Of a stretch of DNA of 64,000 nt, positions 57,795 to 64,000 are shown in pieces. The DNA lies in NCBI GenBank assembly GCA_963755125.1, contig CAVWIP010000006.1, positions 128,001 through 192,000 of the forward strand, read 5' to 3'. The notes under the pieces are model-generated. The model had not been told where the DNA came from, made no database searches, and was given only the letters and a program-made list of their open reading frames with translations. The position numbers and the translations under genes are program-made. The stretch comes from an uncultured delta proteobacterium (lineage in GTDB: Bacteria > Myxococcota_A > Polyangia > Fen-1088). Positions within the stretch are counted from its first letter, which is position 1. Each line of letters starts with the position of its first letter.

Positions 57795-59807
57795 TCAATT
57801 GGGGTTGTATTCGTCAGCCCCGCAGTCGCAGGCACTGCCAATCGGCCGCGGGTCGCCGTAGATGTCGTCAGGGGGACAGCTAGAGCCCGCAGCGTCCGTG
57901 CACGGGGATGCTGCCGTCAGTTGGTAGGGCTGCGACGTGCTGAACAGCGGATTGCCGGACTTCGAGAAGGTGGGAGCAGCGCAGTTGACCGTGTCGCCGC
58001 CGGTGTTGTTATAGAAGAGAAGCCCCGTGAGAGGCTGACTGGAATTCCCACAGACCACACCGACTTGAGCGTTGTTGACGACGGTGTTGTACCAGAAGCG
58101 CGCAGGCCCAGCAGCCGGCGCTCCACCGAGATAGGCGCCTCCGAAACTGCTGGCGCCCACACTGCCCGGGCCGTTGCCGTCGAAAACCGAGTTCGATATG
58201 TCGAATGCCGCGCCAGCCGAGACAACAAGGCCGCCGCCCAGGTTGTTCTTGACGATGCAGCGGTCGAGACGGATCGTGGCGGGGGAATCAGCCTGGATGG
58301 CGGGGACGCTAGCGACGTACCCGCCGGTGACCGTCATGCCGCGAATGTAGAAATCACCTGAGATGACGTGAATCTGGATGTTCCCGGAAGCTCCTATCGT
58401 CGCGCCATTCTGCCCGACTACCGTGAGCTGGCCGGTAGCCGGCGTAGCTGGCGAGGACCAATTGCCTAGCATCGCGGTGCTCGGCCCTCGCATGACCACG
58501 AGCTTCTTGGTGCCCGTCGTTGCGTTGACGCCGTCCTGCGGTAGACAGAAAGGCGTGGCGGCAGTTCCAGCCGTGCTCGCGCCAGCAGTGAGGCAGGCCG
58601 TGTTGTTTTGCACATACACCGTCTCCGCATCCGTGGCACAGCGGCCATCCTGGTGGAACATGCACACGCCCGGATTGGCGCCCAGTTTCGCTACACACTG
58701 AGTGTCGCTGGTGCACTTGGTGCACTGCTGACTGATGCAGATTGGCGTTGCCCCAGAACAGTCGGTGTCCTGGAGACACTGCACGCAATGCTCGGCGGTC
58801 GTGTCACAGACTGGCGCTGACGTGGTCTTGCAGTAGCTCGACTGCACGCACTCGACGCACTTGTTGGCCGTCGTGTCGCACGCCGGCGCGGTCGAGGTCG
58901 TGCAATCCAGGTCGGCCGCGCACTGCACGCACGCGCCGGTGGTTGGCTTGCACACGGGCAGGGCGGGGTTCTTGGTCGTGCAGCCGCCGGCTGGCGCGGT
59001 CTGCGTGCCGCAGCCCACGCAGGTCTGCGAGCTTCCACAGATGGGCTTGATCGGGTCGTTGCAGTCCGCGTGCGTGAGACAGCCCACGCACTGGTTGGTG
59101 GTCAGGTTACAGATTCCGGCGGCCACGCCTCCGTCCGCGCCGCCGTCGACACCGCCGTCCACCCCGCCATCGACGCCGCCGGCGCAGTCCCCATTCGCCA
59201 GGCACCCGACGCACTTGCCGCTGGTGCCGTCGCACACGGGAGCGGCGCTGTTCTTCACGCGGCATTCGCCTGTGGCAGAGCCGCACGCCACGCACTGGTC
59301 GGCCACGCACACGGGCTTCGTCGGGTCAGCCGTGCAGTCGCTGCTCTTGGCGCAGGCCACGCAGCGGCCGCTCGCGGTGTCGCAAACCGCAGCGCTGGCG
59401 CCGCGGCCCGTGCAGTCGCTGTTGCCCGTACACTTGGCGCACACGAAATCCAGGCACATGGGCGCGGTGGCAGGACAGTCGATGTCGCTGCCGCAGCTCC
59501 CGGCCCCGTCCACTGGCCGCGTGTCCCCGGCCATGTCGACCGCAGTGTCGATCTGAGGCGCGTCCACCGGCGCGTCGGCCGCCACATCCACGGCCGCCGC
59601 ATCGGTCTGCGCCACCTCGCGCGCGCCAGTATCTGTCGGTTCAACCATGGCGTCGCCGCCGCCATCTGAAGTCACGCAGAGGTAGTTGACACAGGAATAT
59701 CCGATCTTGCAGGAATTGTTGGGGTTGCACTTGCTCCAGTCGCGCTCGACCTTGTCGCAGGCGAATAGAAGACAGAATGGAAGGAGATAGTGGATTCGGA
59801 GTTTCAT
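57795..59807 (-). CDS. Cys-rich repeat lipoprotein with beta-helix and choice-of-anchor-Q-like C-terminus
   Basis: GAGG RBS, lipobox LFAC; about 9 repeats CV.C....DC....P.C; Asn-rich beta-helix; SPC.DA..DIYGDPRP.G..CDCGADE. Confidence 0.8.
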   Translation of the reverse strand: MKLRIHYLLPFCLLFACDKVERDWSKCNPNNSCKIGYSCVNYLCVTSDGGGDAMVEPTDTGAREVAQTDAAAVDVAADAPVDAPQIDTAVDMAGDTRPVDGAGSCGSDIDCPATAPMCLDFVCAKCTGNSDCTGRGASAAVCDTASGRCVACAKSSDCTADPTKPVCVADQCVACGSATGECRVKNSAAPVCDGTSGKCVGCLANGDCAGGVDGGVDGGVDGGADGGVAAGICNLTTNQCVGCLTHADCNDPIKPICGSSQTCVGCGTQTAPAGGCTTKNPALPVCKPTTGACVQCAADLDCTTSTAPACDTTANKCVECVQSSYCKTTSAPVCDTTAEHCVQCLQDTDCSGATPICISQQCTKCTSDTQCVAKLGANPGVCMFHQDGRCATDAETVYVQNNTACLTAGASTAGTAATPFCLPQDGVNATTGTKKLVVMRGPSTAMLGNWSSPATPATGQLTVVGQNGATIGASGNIQIHVISGDFYIRGMTVTGGYVASVPAIQADSPATIRLDRCIVKNNLGGGLVVSAGAAFDISNSVFDGNGPGSVGASSFGGAYLGGAPAAGPARFWYNTVVNNAQVGVVCGNSSQPLTGLLFYNNTGGDTVNCAAPTFSKSGNPLFSTSQPYQLTAASPCTDAAGSSCPPDDIYGDPRPIGSACDCGADEYNPN

Positions 59808-59815
59808 GGGTTGCC

Positions 59816-60610
59816 TCACCAGGTGAAGGAATAGAAAAGGAAGCCGCCGACCAGCACGGCGCCGATGCCGCCGGCCAGAAAGCCGGTTCCGCGTCCTGCG
59901 GTGGCGTGGTGCTGGGTGCAGTGGGTTGTCTCGCCGGCTGCGCACGCCACCTGGCCGTCGAGGTGCAAGAGATATCCGCCATAGACGGCCGCAGCGACGC
60001 CCACGGCCGCGAGGGCCAGGCCGCCGACTTGGCCGATGCGCTTGCCAGCCGAGCTGGCCGGCACCGGGGCCGGAGCCGGCGTGGTTACGTCCATCGCCGG
60101 TTGCGGCGCGGGCGGCACCGGGACCGGCGGGGCTGGCGCGGCTTCCTCGGCCTCGAACACGCGTGTGCAGAGCGCGCCCACCCGGTCGCGCAGGGCCATG
60201 TGCAGATCGGGCAGGGTGCAGATGTCGCAGCTCTTGCCGTCCGAGCTGAGCGTGTGGCCCGTCCGCGCGTCCCACATCTGTAGCTGCAGGGTGAACGCGC
60301 CCTTCTTGAAAACCGATTCCACCCGCAGCACGTGCGTGGCGCCGGTGGCGCGGTGGATCGCCATCATGCACTCGGGCTGGTTGCAGTCTCCGCCTGCCGC
60401 GGCCTTGGCCTCGGCCACGGGCACGACATCGGCGCCCAGCGAGCGCACGATCTCCTCGACATCAGCCCGCAGGCCGGCGACCTCGCCGCGCGGGACCTTG
60501 CTGCTGCTCGCCTCGACCACGGCCACTCGGTGGTCCGCCGCCGTGACCGCGCGAGGAACCAGAACCGATGCCAGGATGACCCCAAACGAACCGACACGAA
60601 GGAAACGCAT
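59816..60610 (-). CDS. Exported protein with Pro linker and Gly-rich hydrophobic C-terminus
   Basis: Signal peptide, TolB-N/CsgG-like alpha/beta region (C...C...GATHVL), two hydrophobic segments around a Cys-pair loop. Confidence 0.6.
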   Translation of the reverse strand: MRFLRVGSFGVILASVLVPRAVTAADHRVAVVEASSSKVPRGEVAGLRADVEEIVRSLGADVVPVAEAKAAAGGDCNQPECMMAIHRATGATHVLRVESVFKKGAFTLQLQMWDARTGHTLSSDGKSCDICTLPDLHMALRDRVGALCTRVFEAEEAAPAPPVPVPPAPQPAMDVTTPAPAPVPASSAGKRIGQVGGLALAAVGVAAAVYGGYLLHLDGQVACAAGETTHCTQHHATAGRGTGFLAGGIGAVLVGGFLFYSFTW

Positions 60611-60677
60611 GCGCGCACCATCGCGAGATTCGGCAACAAGGTCAAGAGGTTGGAAAAGAAAACCGAAGGCTTCCCAA

Positions 60678-61166
60678 TCAGCGCTTCTTGCCGGCAGCTT
60701 CCACGATCTCCCGCAGCCGCCCGTCGAATGCGAAGGGCGTGCGCCGGATGACCCAGCCCCACTTCCAGGCCGGATGTCTCGAGTTCAGCAGCAGATTGCA
60801 CTCGCCGCGTGTCACCGCATTCGGAACTTTCATCGCAGGAGACAATCGTTCATCACACCAGCGGTTTCCAATCTTTTGCGCCGCAGGCGAGAGATCGGGC
60901 GCATCCCAGCCCTTCGGAATCTCCGTGCAGACCAGGATCAATGGATCAGGCACCTCGACGACATACAGGACATGCGGGTGAAGGCCATCGAAGCGCTTGT
61001 AGTGTACCAGCCGCTCGAGCACGGCCAGCGACTGGCTTTCGGCCGCGTAGTCGAGATAGCGTCCCTTGCTGTGCCAGCGCCCGTCCGTGGCGTAGCCACT
61101 GGCGCCGCTAAACGCGGCCCGGGCCGTGGCGCCGTATCGCCGCAGGACAATGCGGAATGCCTTCAC
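60678..61166 (-). CDS. RES domain toxin
   Basis: FRI...AFSG..G..GRW...Y.AES.SLAVLE...VP....E.NLLLN. Confidence 0.88.
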   Translation of the reverse strand: MKAFRIVLRRYGATARAAFSGASGYATDGRWHSKGRYLDYAAESQSLAVLERLVHYKRFDGLHPHVLYVVEVPDPLILVCTEIPKGWDAPDLSPAAQKIGNRWCDERLSPAMKVPNAVTRGECNLLLNSRHPAWKWGWVIRRTPFAFDGRLREIVEAAGKKR

Positions 61167-61561
61167 AGCGGGACGCCGTGGATCATCGCCTGCAGCAGGT
61201 TGTGCACCTGGGCCGCGCCGACGTCGGTGGACAGCATGGCAAGCGGTGGGCGCTTCCCGAGTGCGGCATCAGGAGTGGTCAGCCATTGCGCCACCGCGGC
61301 GTCGGTCGAGAAGACCTCGCGCGCCAGTTTCTGTGCCCGCATCACGCGCAACAGACGCTCGGACTCGGTCGAGGAGAAGCGCTGGTTCTTGTTGAGCCGG
61401 TGGGTGATCGTGCGCGGGGCCAGACCAAGCGCATCGAGCAGAGCCTTTCGCGACACGCCCAGCAGCGCCAGGAGTTGGTGCAGAACGCGGCTGGGCAGCC
61501 CCTTTTCAATGGCGGCGACCTGTGCGGCAGGAGACTGTTCGACGAGCTGCAGGACGGTCAT
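61163..61561 (-). CDS. Xre/MbcA/ParS family antitoxin
   Basis: IEKGLP, HTH, ESERLLR, WLTTP..ALG..PL.ML.T..G; 4-nt overlap with toxin. Confidence 0.88.
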   Translation of the reverse strand: MTVLQLVEQSPAAQVAAIEKGLPSRVLHQLLALLGVSRKALLDALGLAPRTITHRLNKNQRFSSTESERLLRVMRAQKLAREVFSTDAAVAQWLTTPDAALGKRPPLAMLSTDVGAAQVHNLLQAMIHGVPL

Positions 61562-61645
61562 GGCAATTTGGCTCTCCCAAGGAAGCAATTTTGCGCCACC
61601 GTGCGCGAATTTCAAGCCGACCAAGCGGGCGATGGCAGGTCGCCG

Positions 61646-63274
61646 CTACCGGCCTTGCTTGGCGCGCACCAGTTGCAACTGGCGGGCGATGCGGGGGTTG
61701 CCGGGATCGCGCGCCAGGGCCTTGCTCAGCAGACGCTCAGCGTCATCCAAATTTCCGCGCTTGAATGCGATGGCGCCCAGCAGGGCGTCGGCCTCGGGAT
61801 TTCCCAGGGCAGCGGCGCGCCGGGCCTCGCTTTGCGCGCGATCCAGGTTGCCCTCGTCGAACGCCGCCTGCGCCCGTTCGAGCAGGGCGGTTCGTTCAGA
61901 CAGGGACGCTTCGGGACGGAACGAATGAATCGCCGCATCGCCTGCCGGGGCCGCGGGGTGAGATTGCGCAAAACTTCCCGAAGGAGCCGCGGCAACTGGT
62001 GGCGGCTCGACTGCAGGAGCAGCTTCTGGTGTTGCGACCGCAGGCGAAGGCGCGGGCACGAGGGCCTCCACCGGCTCAGGCGCATTCGTGGCCCGGCGCA
62101 GGTGCAGAAAGTCGTAGACCAGAAAGCCTGCGACCAGGAGCGCGCCCAGGATTGCCAGCACGACCACGTGCCAGCCGCGCCCCGCGGCCTGCGGCGCCCG
62201 GCGGCCCTCGCGCGTGCCCGGTAAGACCACCGCGCTGGCCATCAACGCCGGCGCGGGTTGCAAAGCGTCGGCCGGCGCAGGTTCAGCGCGCAGGATTCGC
62301 TGCGCCGCCGCGACCAGTTCGGCGCGCTCGGCGCGCTCGGCCTTGCCATCGAACGATCCCTGCACAAGCTCGGCCAGGATCGCGTCGCCCGAGGGAACCA
62401 CCGACGCAAACGGCGCCAGCGCGGCTGCCAGATCCGCGGCGTTGGCAAACCGGCTCGCGCGGTGTTTGACCAGGGCGCGTGTCACCACCGCGTCCAGCGC
62501 GACCGGCACCGCCGGGTTGAGGCGCGAGGGCGGGGGCGGGTGCCGCTTGAGGATGTCTTCCAGCAATTTCTCCTTGTCGGCGCTGGGCGGGATCACGCGC
62601 CCGCCGTCGACCGTGGTGCCCACCGGGTGGCCGGTGAGCATGGTCCACAGCACCAGGCCCAGGGTGTAGATGTCGGTGCGGCGATCGAGGGTGCGGTTCT
62701 GCGCCTGCTCGGGCGACATGAAGGCCAGCTTGCCCCAGCTCTGGCCCGGCACGGTCAGGCCGGCAGCCAGTTCGGATCGCGCGATGCCGAAGTCGAGCAG
62801 CTTGACCTCGCCCGCGTAGGTGACGCGAATGTTTCCGGGCGTGACGTCACGATGCACGAGTTCCAGGGACTCGAAATCGTGCGCATAGGCCAGCGCGCGC
62901 GCCACTTCGCACGCCACCTGCACGGCCGCGGCCACCGGTATCGGCCGGCGCTCGGCGGCCGCGCGGTCGAGAAGTTCTTGCAGATCGTGGCCGTCGACGA
63001 ATTCCTGCGCGATGAAAGGCTCGCCATCGATTTCGCCGACGGCGTGGGTCTGCGCGATGTTGCCGTGAACCAGCCGGCGCGCGATGTCGGCTTCGTGGCG
63101 GAAACGTCGCACCAGGTCCGGATCGCTGCGCCGCTCCCGCAGGATGCGTTTGATCACGCAAAGGGTTTCCAGACCGGGCGGGCCGGACATGGCCAGGAAG
63201 ACCTCGCCCATGCCGCCCTCGCTGAGCGAGCGAAGCAAGACATACGGCCCGAAGCGCACCGGAAATTCGTTCAC
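61646..63274 (-). CDS. Membrane Ser/Thr protein kinase with C-terminal TPR
   Basis: EGGMGEV, VIK, HRDVTPGN, DFG, SPE; TM; TPR helices; GTG start estimated. Confidence 0.92.
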   Translation of the reverse strand: MNEFPVRFGPYVLLRSLSEGGMGEVFLAMSGPPGLETLCVIKRILRERRSDPDLVRRFRHEADIARRLVHGNIAQTHAVGEIDGEPFIAQEFVDGHDLQELLDRAAAERRPIPVAAAVQVACEVARALAYAHDFESLELVHRDVTPGNIRVTYAGEVKLLDFGIARSELAAGLTVPGQSWGKLAFMSPEQAQNRTLDRRTDIYTLGLVLWTMLTGHPVGTTVDGGRVIPPSADKEKLLEDILKRHPPPPSRLNPAVPVALDAVVTRALVKHRASRFANAADLAAALAPFASVVPSGDAILAELVQGSFDGKAERAERAELVAAAQRILRAEPAPADALQPAPALMASAVVLPGTREGRRAPQAAGRGWHVVVLAILGALLVAGFLVYDFLHLRRATNAPEPVEALVPAPSPAVATPEAAPAVEPPPVAAAPSGSFAQSHPAAPAGDAAIHSFRPEASLSERTALLERAQAAFDEGNLDRAQSEARRAAALGNPEADALLGAIAFKRGNLDDAERLLSKALARDPGNPRIARQLQLVRAKQGR

Positions 63275-63315
63275 CAAGGGAACCCTAGCGCAACTGGGGC
63301 GCGGGCGGAATTTGT

Positions 63316-64000
63316 CTACCACTCACCGCAGGCCACCGTCGCCGCGCTCTCGATGGCGATGGCCGCGACCGCGGCGGCGTAGTCGAGGTCGATGTTCTTC
63401 ATGGTGTCGTCGGTGTCGTGGTACCCGGTGCGGTTGATGTCGTAGTTCTCCATGAAAAGCACCACCGGAATGCCGAGATCCGAGAAGATCTGCCCGTCGG
63501 TGTTGTACAGCGATGAGCGCGGTTCCCATTCCACCCGCACCTCGCCGTTCACCGGCAGGTGCGCGAAGGGCGGCGGCACTTTCTTCCCGTCGGGCATGCG
63601 TTGCGCGCGGCCCAGGCCCCGTCGATCCGGCGCTGCTTCCCGCGCCTTGTGGTTCCAGCGCTGATTGGCCAGGTGGGCAGCCAGCGCCAGCCGCGCCGAG
63701 CCCACGCCCTCGCCCGAAGCGATCTGGAACACGTCCAGGTCGTGGTGGTTGTTGTGCCCGATCATGTCCAGGATGAAGGCGCCGACCACGCGCACCGCGG
63801 AGGCGTCCCACGTGCTGCCGTCCTCCGCGGTCAGGTGCAGGCTCTTTTCCACCAGCGCCTGACCCAGGGCGCGCGCACCCAGGCAATCCGACGGGAACTC
63901 CTCGCCGGTCAGGTGTACCAGCCAGATGTCGCGTTCCAGCCGGCCGTCGCGCGCGAGCGGCAAGAAGACCTCGGCGGCGGCCAGCAGGGTCGCGGTCGCG
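63316..64000 (-). CDS. M28-family peptidase, C-terminal part (5' end outside window)
   Basis: TGEEF, LDMIG, TD..IF, GYHDTDDT motifs. Confidence 0.75.
   Translation of the reverse strand, partial: ATATLLAAAEVFLPLARDGRLERDIWLVHLTGEEFPSDCLGARALGQALVEKSLHLTAEDGSTWDASAVRVVGAFILDMIGHNNHHDLDVFQIASGEGVGSARLALAAHLANQRWNHKAREAAPDRRGLGRAQRMPDGKKVPPPFAHLPVNGEVRVEWEPRSSLYNTDGQIFSDLGIPVVLFMENYDINRTGYHDTDDTMKNIDLDYAAAVAAIAIESAATVACGEW

Noticed and set aside
59125..59185. 12-bp repeats encoding GGVD/GGAD
   Set aside because: Ordinary low-complexity linker seen in several lipoproteins of this window.

Overview
High-GC window whose gene content points to Myxococcota (inference from MYXO-CTERM-like tails, Cys-rich lipoproteins, PEGA/TPR proteins and Ser/Thr kinases). 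The most interesting part is the first ~19 kb, which holds two RiPP-like biosynthetic modules of the same design. Each has a short Cys-containing precursor with a YxxPxL leader, radical SAM/SPASM enzyme(s), a PqqD/RRE protein, an HPr-kinase-like P-loop protein and an S24/S26-type Ser-His peptidase. Module A (134-3357) has one rSAM and an 'EAVLGACK' precursor. Module B (10994-19161) resembles the SynChlorMet cassette, with two rSAMs, a precursor carrying five CxxG motifs and an ABC exporter, and is interrupted by a HipBA pair. Between the modules lie two GT-C-type glycosyltransferases, an S8 lipoprotein peptidase, a truncated Uma2 gene and an AAA_14/DUF4143 ATPase preceded by two abutting 12-8-12 dyads. 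The rest contains housekeeping genes (lipA, queD, tatA, tRNA-Lys/Glu, zapA-[6S]-ygfA-rny, dapL, murA, lipB, gltA), a patterned Gly/Thr repeat lipoprotein, a PL11 lyase and a DUF362 protein sharing one anchor tail, an nSTAND1-TM-HEAT protein, and a kinase/PEGA/Cys-rich lipoprotein cluster with an embedded RES-Xre toxin-antitoxin pair. Two genes carry single-base frameshifts that may be assembly errors. Family calls come from motif recognition by eye; no searches were run.
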